NCBI GenBank assembly: GCA_951406725.2 | Contig: OX597837.1 | Coordinates: 35,340,001-35,404,000, forward strand | DNA from: Octopus vulgaris | Lineage: Eukaryota | DNA length: 64,000 nucleotides | Reading direction: 5' to 3' | Shown: piece by piece, positions 16,608 to 28,696 of the stretch | Position numbering within the stretch: position 1 is the stretch's first letter | How the letters are laid out: the number at the start of each line of letters is the position of its first letter | Program-made: the position numbers and the translations under genes | Notes under the pieces: generated by a model | Told to the model about the DNA's origin: nothing | What the model saw: only the letters and a program-made list of their open reading frames with translations | The model's database searches: none

Positions 16608-17211
16608 TATGTTTTAGATGGTTTATATTCCGCTTATGTAGGAATTTAATATATTTAAAAAATTCTGTGGTTAGGAAGAGAGGTTTCGGGAAATTCACAT
16701 GAGTTGACTTTGTTTCCTCATAACTTGGGTATTTTTTTATGAAATTTGCTACAAATACTTTTCATAATGTATATATTCAGATTATATTGGAATTTGATGT
16801 CAAAAGGAAAATAGTGGCACACATCACAATTTCTTTCGAAATCTCAAGTTTCATTTTGTACATATATATGATATCCATTAGTACATATGTGCATAAAAGC
16901 CCACCATTTTTGTATTTTCTTTTGTCATATTAAAACCCCAGCGTTTTCGATAGCCGCTCATGAAAAAGTGAAAGTCTTTCTTTGGCAATTTCTTGATTTC
17001 AGCAACTATTTTCGGAAAAAAATTTTTGCCCCCTACCCCTCCACCTCCAATTTCTTCATTTCTCACTTGTTTCCGTAACTCTAATCCTAAATCCCAACCC
17101 TAACCCTAAAACCCAAAACCTAACCCTAACGGCAGTGGATGATGATGATAATGATGATGATAGTAGTAGTAGCATTGATTATGTTAGGATGTCTCATGGA
17201 TGGTAGCGTTG

Positions 17212-17243
<32 letters not shown>

Positions 17244-18089
17244 ATGGATCAAAACAGTTTGATTCAAATTCTGTGGTTCTTATATATTCATACATACATA
17301 TACATGTAGAAGTATATAACATATATATATTGTATGTAAACATCTTTTATATATATATAATGTATGCATTTATAATACACACACATTATAAATATATACA
17401 CATATATGCATATGCATTAGAATATGTGTGTATAGGTGTATATATATATATATGCATATGTTTGTATACATGTGTGTGTAGCTATTCAGGATCTACACAA
17501 ATTTTATATATACTCCAAGAAGTTTATGATAAGCGGAGATGTTTACATTTTAGTTAGCTATTTACATGTTTACGTTAACTACGTCACAAAATAGCTGTTT
17601 AAGTCACAGTAACAATATTTTGAGAGGCAGTAAATAATATGAGGTCGAAAGAAAGAATACCATTGGTTAAAATTCGAATTATTAAACAACGTTAAACTTA
17701 GAAATTACAATTCCGTTTTCATTTTGGTTTACAATTATGTTTTCTTTTGACACATTCTACCAGTATACGAAGTCTCAAATTGTTTAGTTAACTAGGAAAA
17801 TCTGGCCTTCAAACTGAAAAGATCCTTAGTATCTATTAAGAGAGGAAGACAAACATACAAACAAAAAGAGAACGTGAATGTGGTTGTTTGTGTTGTTGTT
17901 GTTCTAAGCCTTGTTGTTGTTGTTTAATTACAGGTCAGTTCTGGTCGAGTAAACCCTATGGTCGAAAAACATCCCAACCATAACCAGTCCATCGAAATTT
18001 TTTTTTTTTTTTGAGGGGGTTCTTTCTTTGATTTTTCTTCTTTTTTTTTTTTGGAGAGGAGGGGTCTTTCAGACATAGTGTGTCAGGGG

Positions 18090-18345
18090 TAGTATGTGGT
18101 GATCCCTGCTGTACTCTTTCACCACAACTTTCTCTCACTCTTGCTTCCTGTTTTTGTTGTACCTGTATTTCAAGGGGCCTTGTCACTCTCTGTGTCACGC
18201 TGAATATCCCCGAGAACTACGTTAAGGGTGCACATGTCTGTGGAGTGCTCAGCCACTTACACGTTAATTTCACGAGCAGGCTGTTCCGTTGATTCGGATC
18301 AACCGGAACCCTCATCGTCGTAACCGACGGAGTGCTTCCATCCCA
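18090..18345 (+). mobile_element. SINE family C, 5'-truncated copy
   Basis: Same body and GGAGTGCTTCCATCCCAT end as 61625-62013. Confidence 0.85.
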
Positions 18346-18510
18346 TGTCCTTTTATTTTCAAACAATACAACTGTGATGTGAAAGCGATTTGGCTGCTAT
18401 TTCTAGCAAGTTGAATAAATATGCAGTCCCCTCCATTGTCGCTGTCAACTGGTATTCTTGTTTAGTTCTAACTCATCCGTTCCACCGCCACAAACTGAGC
18501 TGATCCATGC

Positions 18511-19033
18511 ATCAAAAGCATTCCAAATGTGACAGTCTAGTCTTTTTAAGACGTTAACTGTCGTGTCATTCTTGTTTTAAGACAACTGGATTTTGCTGCT
18601 ATTTCAAGCAGATTGAAGCAGATTGGAGCTCAAAGTCACCTCCACACCCAACAACCTCTAATCGAGTTGATATAGGGATCAAAAGCATTCCAAATGTGAC
18701 AGTCTAGTCTTTTTAAGACGTTAACTGTCGTGTCATTCTTGTTTTAAGACAACTGGATTTTGCTGCTATTTCTAGCAGATTGAAGCAGATTGGAGCTCAA
18801 GGTCACCTCCACACCCAACAACCTCTAATCGAGTTGATATAGGGATCAAAAGCATTCCAAATGTGACAGTCTAGTCTTTTTAAGACGTTAACTGTCGTGT
18901 CATTCTTGTTTTAAGACAACTGGATTTTGCTGCTATTTCAAGCAGATTGAAGCAGATTGGAGCTCAAGGTCACCTCCACACCCAACAACCTCTAATCGAG
19001 TTGATATAGGGATCAAAAGCATTCCAAATGTGA
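18511..19033. repeat. Tandem repeat, 167-bp unit x3 plus a partial unit
   Basis: ATCAAAAGCATTCCAAATGTGAC recurs at 18511, 18678, 18845 and 19012, and the units are near-identical. Confidence 0.95.
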
Positions 19034-19042
19034 CCATCTGTA

Positions 19043-19197
19043 GGCGCAGGAGTGGCTGTGTGGTAAGAAGCTTGCTTACCAACCACATGGTTCCGGGTTC
19101 AGTCCCACTGTGTGGCACTTTGGGCACTTTGGGCAAGTGTCTTCTACCAAAGCCTTGTGAGTGGATTTGGTAGATGGAAACTGAAAGAAGCCCGTCG

Positions 19198-19232
<35 letters not shown>

Positions 19233-19350
19233 TTGTGTATGTGTTTGTCCCACCAACATCGCTTGACAACCGATGCTGGTGTGTTTACGTCCCCGTAACT
19301 TAGCGGTTCGGCAAAAGAGACCGATAGAATAAGTACTAGGCTTACAAAGA
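19043..19350 (+). mobile_element. SINE family A, 3'-truncated
   Basis: Head GGCGCAGGAGTGGCTGTGTGGTAAG..GGTTCAGTCCC with Pol III A/B-box-like motifs. Confidence 0.85.
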
Positions 19351-19879
19351 TTGGTTAAAATTTATGAGAATTTGGCTGCTATTTCTAGCAGGTCAAAAAC
19401 CACCTCATGAAATAACGATCCCCTTCTTTGGTTCAAAGGGCGCTGGTGGTGGATGATGGGGGTTGAAATGCCAATAGGAGATAGAGTGTGACAAGGGGAA
19501 GCAACCTAATCCATACTAACCCCCTCTTCTTCACTACCGCCACCTCTAAGTCTCTCTCCCCTCTTTCCATCTTTCATCTTCTATGCCCTCCTCCTCTCTA
19601 GTATTCTCCTTTGCTCTCTTCTTCAGGTTTTCTTCTTATTTTCTTTCTTTCTTTCTCTTTTCTTCTTTTGCTTCTTCACCTCCTAGAAACGTGCCTGTAC
19701 CTGTCGTAGTCTCTCTATAGACTTGTCTCTCTCCCGTTGAGCCTTGCTTCTCTTTGACCCAATCCTCTTGCCTCTCTCCTTCTCTCTCTCTTTTTCTCCT
19801 TTCATCTTTCCCAGAGCATTTTTTTCTACTACGTTCGTATTAGTATAGTGTTATTAGTAAGTGAACGAGTGTATACGCG

Positions 19880-19910
<31 letters not shown>

Positions 19911-19913
<3 letters not shown>

Positions 19914-20109
19914 CTTTACTACCCACAAGGGGCTAAACACAGAGGAGACAAACAAGGACAGACAAAGGGGTTAAGTCGATTACATCAACCCTAGTGCGTA
20001 ACTGGTACTTAATTTATCGACCCCGGAAGGATGAAAGGCAAAGTCGACCTCGGCGGAATTTGAACTGGGAACGTAACGGCAGACGAAATACAGCAAAGCA
20101 TTTCGCCCG

Positions 20110-20110
<1 letters not shown>
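19911..20110 (-). mobile_element. SINE family B (Deu/Nin-like core)
   Basis: Core GCCTTTCATCCTTCCGGGGTCGATAAATTAAGTACCAG on the minus strand, shared with about 20 copies in the window. The Deu/Nin resemblance is from memory. Confidence 0.75.
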
Positions 20111-20148
<38 letters not shown>

Positions 20149-20398
20149 ATGTGCTCGTGTGTGTGTGTATTATTTAAAACAGTTTGATTTGGCTCCCTAT
20201 GTAATTCCTACCGAATGTGTTGAGCATGGGCCCGGGAACAGAGTATGCAAGCGAACCCCCTAAAAGTCAAAGTCGATCTTGATGTAATTTTAACTCAGAA
20301 CATAAAGCTTGAAAACACGTTGCTGGGTATTTTATCCATCACGCTAACTATTCTGCTAAATCGTTGCCATAAAAAAAAGCAATGATAATTATTCTATC

Positions 20399-20552
20399 TG
20401 TACATTATTTACATTTGACGGATATTTGTCCTCATCTTGTTTGTTGTTAACACAACGTTTCGGCCGATATACCCTCCAGTATATCAGCCGAAATGTTGTG
20501 TTAACAACAAACAAGATGAGGACAAATATCCATCAAATGTAAATAATGTACA
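20399..20552. repeat. Long near-perfect palindrome (~73-bp arms, ~7-nt loop), probably an inverted Penelope-like terminal repeat
   Basis: TGTACATTAT..ACAACGTTTCGGCCGATATAC-CCTCCA-GTATATCAGCCGAAATGTTGT..ATAATGTACA. Confidence 0.85.
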
Positions 20553-20658
20553 TAATTCCTCATCTCTTAAATATAGAACTGAAATCAGTGACAGTTACTA
20601 GAAAAACCCATAAGTATTTGCATTCAGGTCTTCCTTTTCATTGTAAACCGGTGATTAC

Positions 20659-20703
20659 CGTGCATTGACAAGAGGCAAGCACCTCGAAACTGCAGTCCGT
20701 GTG
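20659..20703 (+). ncRNA. Minimal type I hammerhead ribozyme motif (U3-A8 variant), copy 2
   Basis: CGTGCA-TTGACAA-GAGG-CAAGCA-CCTC-GAAA-CTGCA-GTC-CGTGTG, with palindromic ACTGCAGT at stem III. Stem I is weaker but extended by GTGAT/ATCAC. Confidence 0.6.
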
Positions 20704-21112
20704 TATCACTTAGGCTTACGAAAGAGGGATGACCTCCCTTTGCAAATACCATAAGAGCACAGATAGTGTGCCTAAAGCCAGCTGGAGACGATGTTCTCCT
20801 GGGGCTAAAAGCTACAGTAACACCCACCCTTAGTGGTTAGCCATATTGAGATAGCAAGTATACCTCACATTGAATTCTATCTGTTTTAGGCATAATGATG
20901 TGTTGTTTATGCTGAGGGCCAACCAAGCTATCTTGTCAATGTTTCTACACTTTTCCAGCCTTATGTGGACAATATAAACCATTGTTGGCATGGGTAAGGA
21001 TGTGACTAGTGCAGACTTTATGACAAGAATTTGGTATTTTGTCCATCTTTATGTTAAAATTCTGTCGAGGTCAATTTTGCCTTTTATCCTTTTGGAATCA
21101 ATATTTGAATGG

Positions 21113-21392
21113 TTCATCATCATCGTTTAACGTCCGTTTTCCACGCTAGCACGGGTTGGACTAGGCTCCAGTCTGATCTGGCAGTGTTTCTACAGCTGGA
21201 TGCCCTTCCTAACGCCAACCACTCCGCGAGTATAGTGGGTGCTTTTTACGTGCCACCGGCACAGGTGCCAGGGGAGTCTGGCAGTGGCCACGATCGGTTG
21301 GTGCTTTTAATGTGCCACCGCCACAGAAGCCAGTCAAGGCAGTGCTGGCATCGGTCAAGTTCGGATGGTGCTTTTTACGTGCCACCGGCACA
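21113..21392 (-). mobile_element. SINE-like family D ((TGA)n tail, internal GCACGTAAAAGCACC repeats)
   Basis: Related copies at 28037-28175, 40495-40915, 41480-41825 and 58268-58436. Confidence 0.7.
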
Positions 21393-22555
21393 GAGGAATA
21401 GGTTATTTGTTTCATTCACTGGACTGCAGCCATAAATGTCCTCCTCTTCCAGAACAAAACAATAGAGGAAGGACAAGTTTTAACTCCGCTTGGCACTAGA
21501 AGGAACATTGACTCGGTGTGGTATGGCATGATGGGAAGGAGCCTTAACTCAGAACAGCACAGAACAACAGAAAGGACAAGTTTTAGCAAACTGCCTTAAC
21601 TTGGCACAGTACGACGTGACAAGAAGAAGCAGACCAAAGCCTTGTGAGTGGATTTGGCAGATGGAAACTGAAAGAAGCCTGTCGTATATATGCTTGTGTG
21701 TGTGTTTGTGTGTCAGTGTTTGTCACCCCACCATCACTTGAGAATCGATGTTGGTATATTTATGTCCCTGTAACTTAGCAGTTTGGCAAAAGAGACCGAT
21801 AGAATAAGTACCAGGCTTACACAGAATAAGTCCTGGGGTCGATTTGTTCGACTAAGGGTGGTGCTCCAGCATGGCTGCAGTCAAATGACTGAAACAAACA
21901 TAAGAATAAGTATAAATGTAAGATCTAGGGATCGAGGTGTAGGAAGAAAGTTAGCTTCAAGCAATCCACAGCAAACATATAAAAAACAACAACTTTCAGG
22001 GACAATTGTGGTTTATCGAGACACACACACACACAAGTATATATATATGTGTGTGTGTGTATATGTTTGTGTGTCTGTGTTTGTCCCCCCAACATCACTT
22101 GACAACCGATACTGGTGTGTTTATGTCCCCGTAACTCAGCAGTTCGGCAAAAGTGACCGATAGAATAAGTACTGGGCTTACAAAGAATAAGTCCTGGGAT
22201 TGATTTGCTCGACTAAAGGCGGTGCTTCAGCATGGCCACAGTCACATGACTGAAACAAGTAAAAGAGTAACGAGTAATGAGTAACATTGTCTGTGGTGAA
22301 TAAATTTCAAGTGTGAATGTGACAAAAACCCTCACAAATTTCTAGTATTTCTGGTATTGCAGTTATCTGGAACATACCAATGTTGAAAGTGGTTCTGCAT
22401 CATTCTTTAACACCAAATCCTCCTGAGACTGTCTCTGATTCTAAGCACAAACTTCCTGTGTTAAAGTAATCTCAATTAAAACCGTCCATCAAATTTTCAT
22501 GTCAGTTTGTGTTCCAAACACCAGATTAATAATGACAAAGTAATTTTACTAATTT

Positions 22556-22775
22556 ACTCTCTTTACTCTTTACTCATTTTACTTGTTTCAGTCATTTGAC
22601 TGTGGCCATGCTGGAGCACCACCTTTTAGCCGAGCAAATCGACCCCGGAACTTATTCTTTGTAAGCCCAGTACTTATTCTATCGGTCTCTTTTGCCGAAC
22701 CACTAAGTGACGGGGACGTAAACACACCAGCATCAGTTGTCAAACAATGCTAGGGGGACAAACACAGACACACAA

Positions 22776-22814
<39 letters not shown>

Positions 22815-22977
22815 CAACAGGCTTCTTTCAGTTTCCATCTACCAAATCCATTCACAAGGCGTTGGTCGGCCCGGGGCTATAGCAGATGACACTTGCCCAA
22901 GATGCCATGCAGTGGGACTGAACCCGGAACCATGTGGTTTGTAAGCAAGCTACTTACCACACAGCCACTCCTGCGCC
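22556..22977 (-). mobile_element. SINE family A, full-length
   Basis: Head, microsatellite core, stem-loop and GTAAAAGA-type tail are all present. Confidence 0.9.
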
Positions 22978-23296
22978 TATAATGGCAAAGTAATTTAACT
23001 AAATTCATTATTGTCAAAATTAATTGAAACAACAGCAGTGAACACCCACAGAAATATGGTAACAAAGGGGTTAAAGTGATTTATTTAAAACCTTCCAACA
23101 TGTAGCATTTCAGAAAAACACACGTCATTTCTATAGGATCAATTACAGATAGTCGTTTAAATCTATCAAGAGGTGATGGCCTACTCCTTTATTACAAGGG
23201 CCCTATTGAAGACTGTCTTCACAACTTTATAGGACCCTGGGAAAATCAATGCACTGGTCCCTTTAGTATTTCTTATGAACAACAACCCACAATAAA

Positions 23297-23705
23297 GGCG
23301 TAGGAGTGGCTGTGTGGTAAGTAGCTTGTTTACCAACCACATGGTTCTGGGTTCAGTCCCACTGCGTGGCACCTTGGGCAAGTGTCTTCTACTATAGCCT
23401 CGGGCCGACCAAAGCCTTGTGAGTGGATTTGGTAGATGGAAACTGAAAGAAGCCTGTCGTATATATATGTATATATATATGTGTGTGTGTGTATATGTTT
23501 GTGTGTCTGTGTTTGTCCCTCCAATATCGCTTGACAACCGATGCTGGTGTGTTTATGTCTCCGTAACTTAGCGATTCAGCAAAAGAGACTGATAGAATAA
23601 GTACTAGGCTTACAAAGAATAAGTCCTGGGGTTGATTTGCTCGACTAAAGGCGGTGCTCCAGCATGGCCACAGTCAAATGACTGAAACAAGTAAAAGAGT
23701 AAAAG
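23297..23705 (+). mobile_element. SINE family A, full-length
   Basis: As above; head-to-head with the 22556 copy. Confidence 0.9.
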
Positions 23706-25056
23706 AAATCAGAATTGGGACTATAGACCAGTGAGGCTCCTGGGTGACTTCCCAGTTTACCCTGGCCTTAATCCCAAGTATTTTTAAGTTCCAACAATAC
23801 CAGGATCAACATTGTCTTTCCGTGTTCAGAAAACTTGCCATAAACATTTTTGCTATGGGAAAATTTGCCATTGGAAATTTCACCATGAAGGAGGCATACA
23901 AGCAGACTGTAAATACTAAATAACACATTTTAAAGAAATTACCTTTCTCTAATTAGTAGGTTAGCTAACGAAGTTGCCATTTTAAGAAAACTGCCTATCT
24001 ATTAGAATGGTTGTATACTGTCAATCTAACACGAACGTGACAGTAGGGGGGTACACCACCGCTGTATAGCCCTAGGAAGCATCGACGCCTCCTGATGGCT
24101 TTGACACATTTTTCCCTGTATCCTTATATACATTTATTTTTTGTTGGAAATTTTTTTTTAAAATAGCAAATTTTCCTACAGCAAAAATGTTTCCAGCAAA
24201 TTTCCTATAATCTTGTCTTTCATCCTACCAAGTTTTATAAACAAATACCAGAGTTTGATAAAATTGTTCTACCACTTGCACAAAAGATTTCGGCCAGGAG
24301 CCTATCCTTGCAATCAACATTTAATAGACATGTTTTTTTATGGATTAAATAAATATTAATAGATCATTTATACTTATTACCCTGGTAAAATTTGAATATT
24401 TAATATCCATGTTTTGTATCGAATCTGAATTGGACAACAAAAAACATCGTGTCCATTCTCTCTTCTAAACCGTATAACCAGAAGCCTCATTATTTTGCAG
24501 TGAATACACGAGTAAATCACAGAATGTAATACTTGTTCCAACCGTCAATATTTAATAGACGGGGTTTTGTTTTGTCTTGAAACCCTGTTTAACAGAAAAC
24601 TATTATGTTTTGTGTTTTGTCTGTCTTCGAAACGAAATAGCTCTGTTTTATAGTCTATGCACATTACTTGAGTAAATGACACACTGTAATATTACTTTAA
24701 ATGTTTAATATTTAATAGAGAGAGAGAGAGAGTCGAACAAAACCAATATGTTATACAAATGAAATCAATGAAAGAGCCTCTATGTGGTTACTTAATCTGC
24801 TAGAAATAGCATCCAAATATCCCTTAAACCAGTTTATTCATATATATATAGATATTTGATGTTTTATAATTGCTTTGGTTTTGTTTTTGATTTTTTTTTT
24901 TTTTGTCAAGTGGTCCAGGTCTGTGTGGTTAAGATGCTTGCTTAGCAACCATGTAGTTTTGATTTCAATCCCACTGTACAGCATCTTCAGCAACCGTTAC
25001 CTTTATACTCTATAATTATAAAAGGTGTTCAAAGTGGTACCTATTAGATTCCAGAC

Positions 25057-25384
25057 CAAATCGACCCCGGGACTTATTCTTTGTAAGCCCAGTACTTATT
25101 CTATCGGTCTCTTTTGCCGAACCGCTAAGTGACAGGAACGTAAACACACCAGCATTGGTTGTCAAGCAATGCTAGGGGGACAAACACAGACACACAAACA
25201 CACACACGCATATATATACATATATACGACAGGCTTCTTTCAGTTTCCATCTACCAAATCCACTCACAAGGCATTGGTCGGCCCGGGGCTATAGCAGAAA
25301 ACACTTGCCCAAGGTGCCACGCAGTGGGACCGAACCTGGAACCATGTGGTTGGTTAGCAAGCTACTTACCACACAGCCACTCCT
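25057..25384 (-). mobile_element. SINE family A lacking its tail, between two copies of a ~200-bp duplication
   Basis: 24850-25055 is repeated at 25385-25583. Confidence 0.85.
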
Positions 25385-26089
25385 AGATATTTGATATTTT
25401 ATAATTGCTTTGGTTTTGTTATGATTTTTTTTTTGTCATAAGGTCCAGGTCTGTGTGGTTAAGATGCTTGCTTAGCAACCATGTAGTTTTGAGTTCAATC
25501 TCACTGCACAGCATCTTCAACAACTATTACCTTTAATCTCTAATTATAAAAGGTGCTCAAAGTAGTACCGATTGGATTCCAGACATTTATTATTAGTATG
25601 GTGAACTGTTGCTTGGGCACTGTTGGTCAACATGTCCAGTGGGATTTCTGCACAGGCCATCAATGTAGCCACTTTTCTCCAATATACAGCATCCTTTAGG
25701 GTGTCCCATAAGTAAAAGTCTGCAGGTGTTAAATCAGGAGAACATGCAAGGAACTCAACTGTACCTCCTCACCCTGTCCAGTGTTTTAGCAAATTTCCAT
25801 CTGGGCAAGCTCACACATTTTGGCCAACAGTGAGGCAGTGTGCCATCTTTCACAAGAAAATTTCAACTTTACCACAAAGTGCATGTATGGCAGGTTAAAT
25901 GGACAAGCATAGCATGTCCAGGTATGCTTGACTAGTGACAGGACCTTCGAAGGAAAATGCTCGTAACAAACCTCTTGAGGATACTCCATACCAGACATTG
26001 ACCCCTGGTAAAATGGCTGCTTTGTCCACATGCAAATAAGGATCTCCTGATGACCAGTAAACACAGTTGTCAGTTCACAGTCCCATTTA

Positions 26090-26986
26090 TTGGGTCATCC
26101 CATAAATAATGCAGTTAATTTATACTTCTTTTATTTTTCAAAATTAAGATAAAGTTCTTTTTTAATCTAAAATATACCCTCCTTCATTTTCTACAATGCT
26201 CTTCCATCTATCCGGTAGACTCGCAAGGCCTCTCTTTCAAAATTCACTTGTCCGTGACAAAAAATACTCCTCTAATACTGTTCTTACCTCGTCTATAGAA
26301 TTCATATTTTTTCCATCCAAATGATTTTGAAGACTGCAGAATAAATGATAATCAGATGGGGTAATGTCCGGCGAATGTGGTGGGTGGGGCATTGTTTCCC
26401 ATTTAAACTGCTCTAGCCTTTGGAATGCCATCCTTGCTGTATGTGGCAGAGCATTATCCTGATGGAGGAACATTTTTCGTCTTGAAACCAAAGATGGTGG
26501 TTTTTCTTCTAGCACTGGTGTTGTTGAATGACCAAATTCAAGCTTCCCTGCTAGTTCCTCAACAGTTACGATGGGATTTTGTTCCACCAGGGTTTGCAGG
26601 ACATCCTTGTTGAGCTCTACAGATCTTCCAGGATGACGTTCATCTTTTGGGCTGTAGTTTCCAGCTCAGAATTTCTGGAACCACCTTTGACACTGGCTTA
26701 TGCTTATTGTCCGATCCCCATATACTGCATTAATATTCCTCACACTTTCCGTTGCATTGTTGCCTTTATTGAACTCATAAAGCAAAATATTCCAAATATG
26801 CTCCTTTGTTACTTCCATTATAGCTTTGAAAAAATAACTTAAAAATCAAACTGCACTCTTCAAAACTTGCACTAAGAATAAGTACAAGGTAAAATTACTT
26901 CCTGCTTTTATAGCAAGTTGATGCAGGTAGTTTATCCCATCTCCCTCACTGGCCTTACTTCACACATTATTTATGGGATGACCCAA
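26090..26986 (-). mobile_element. Internally deleted mariner (897 bp)
   Basis: Perfect 22-bp TIRs TTGGGTCATCCCATAAATAATG with a TA duplication. The HTH region is fused directly to HQDNALPH..HPPHSPDITPSDYHLF. Confidence 0.93.
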
Positions 26987-27099
26987 TAGTTTCAATTGTG
27001 CTTCCTCTGACAACACAATCATCTTCACTTACCACAGGTTGAAACTCGTTGCAAAACTCAATTCTCCAATCAGGATCGTCATTGCTAATTGGTCATAAT

Positions 27100-27481
27100 G
27101 GAAGCACTCCGTCGGTTACGATGATGAGGGTTCCGGTTGATCCGAATCAATGGAACAGCCTGCTCATGAAATTAACGTGTAAGTGGCTGAGCACTCCACA
27201 GACACGTGTACCCTTAACGTAGTTCTCGGGGATATTCAGCGTGACACAGAGAGTGACAAGGCCGGCCCCTTGAAATACAGGTACAACAGAAACAGTAAGT
27301 AAGAGTGAGAGAAAGTTGTGGTGAAAGAGTACAGCAGGGATCACCACCATCCCCTGCTGGAGCCTCATGGAGCTTTAGGTGTTTTCGCTCAATAAACACT
27401 CACAACGCCCGGTCTGGAAATCGAAACCGCGATCCTACGACCGCGAGTCCGCTGCCCTAACCACTGGGCCATTGCGCCTCC
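27100..27481 (-). mobile_element. SINE family C, full-length, 13-bp TSD
   Basis: tRNA-like head GGAGGCGCAATGGCCCAGTGGTTAGG..GGTTTCGATT. TSD AATTGGTCATAAT at 27087 and 27482. Confidence 0.92.
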
Positions 27482-28696
27482 AATTGGTCATAATAACCCT
27501 GAGATGTAAACTTTCAACATAACTTTTTTAACCATGTGCCATAGACTTGTACTGCTTACTTCCGTTTCATGTGCACATTGTAAGATGGAACTCTGTGACA
27601 AATGTGTGAAATGTTCCAACATCACAGTCAAAGAATCAGCACTTGTTACTGTACAAGGTCTACCAAATTTTCCCTTCACCAGACAATACTATGCTTTTCA
27701 AATTTATCATGAATCCAGAAAATTGTCAGGCATGTTCGACGTTGTTCCAAATTCATGCTTCTATTGTCACTGAATTTCAACATTCTCAAATATGAAATAC
27801 CATTCTATAACAATCTTACACTCTTTACTCTTTAGCACACTGCAGGTGCATCATGTCACCGTAACTGTTTTCTCCCCTGTTGTAACAGGACAACGTCAAG
27901 GGAGACAATTCCAGATAAAATGCAGTGTATAAAATGTTAAAGTTCGGCCGTTTTGTAACAGTTTATCACAAAAGCATCAAGAAAAGACATGAAATGCCAG
28001 CAAGCATTTTTCCCAGTGTACTAAGTTCTGCCAGTTCATCATCATCATCGTTTAGCGTCCGCTTTCCATGCTGGCATGGGTTGGAAGGTTCAACTGGGGT
28101 CTGGGAAGCCAGAAGGCTGCACCAGGCCTAGTTTGATCTGGCAATGTTTCTACGGCTGGATGCCCTTCCTAACGCCCTACTTTAATAATAATTGTTTCTA
28201 ACAGAGACATGATGCTTGAATGAAGGAGCCACTCTTGCAGCCACCCAATGTGCTTGAAATAGTAACTAAGTCTGCAGTGGCAATAATGTAAAAACAACAA
28301 CAGTTCTCCATTTATATTTTTAATATTTTACAAAAATAATTCAAAAGTAATTACAACAGATATACAATAAGAGATTCATTGAAAGTATATGTACCAATGA
28401 TTTGTGATAGATTAATTAGCAGAAGAGGGTTAATGATAAGAATGTCGCTATTATATTCACAAGACTTTACTCTTTTAAACTTTACTAGTGTCAATCAGTT
28501 TGGTCATGCTGGGACAACATATTCAATAATGTAGTAAGTAATTGTAAATAGGTACAAACTTTCTCAACTTCGGAATCTTGAAAGGCAAAGCCAACCTGTG
28601 AATGGGGATATAAGCTAACACCAGAAGGTATTTTGCTTGATACTCAATTTGGGCAAACATATATTACATATATATATATATATATAACTATACATA

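Larger units (their letters stand above)
25590..27960 (-). mobile_element. Old DD41D-like Tc1/mariner relic split by a mariner and a SINE
   Basis: Ordered fragments: KFGRPCTVTS (~27670), NDDPDWRIEFC..SEEAQLKL (~27085-26988), NGTVN..CVYWS (~26087) and SPDLTPADFYLWDTLKDAVY (~25740). The ends are approximate. Confidence 0.75.

Noticed and set aside
15221-17130. Telomere or chromosome-fusion site from CCCTAA runs at ~15221-15243 and ~17080-17130
   Set aside because: Only a few degenerate units in the same orientation, embedded in other repeats.
18511-19033. CRISPR-like array
   Set aside because: Whole 167-bp units repeat with no unique spacers; eukaryotic context and no cas genes.
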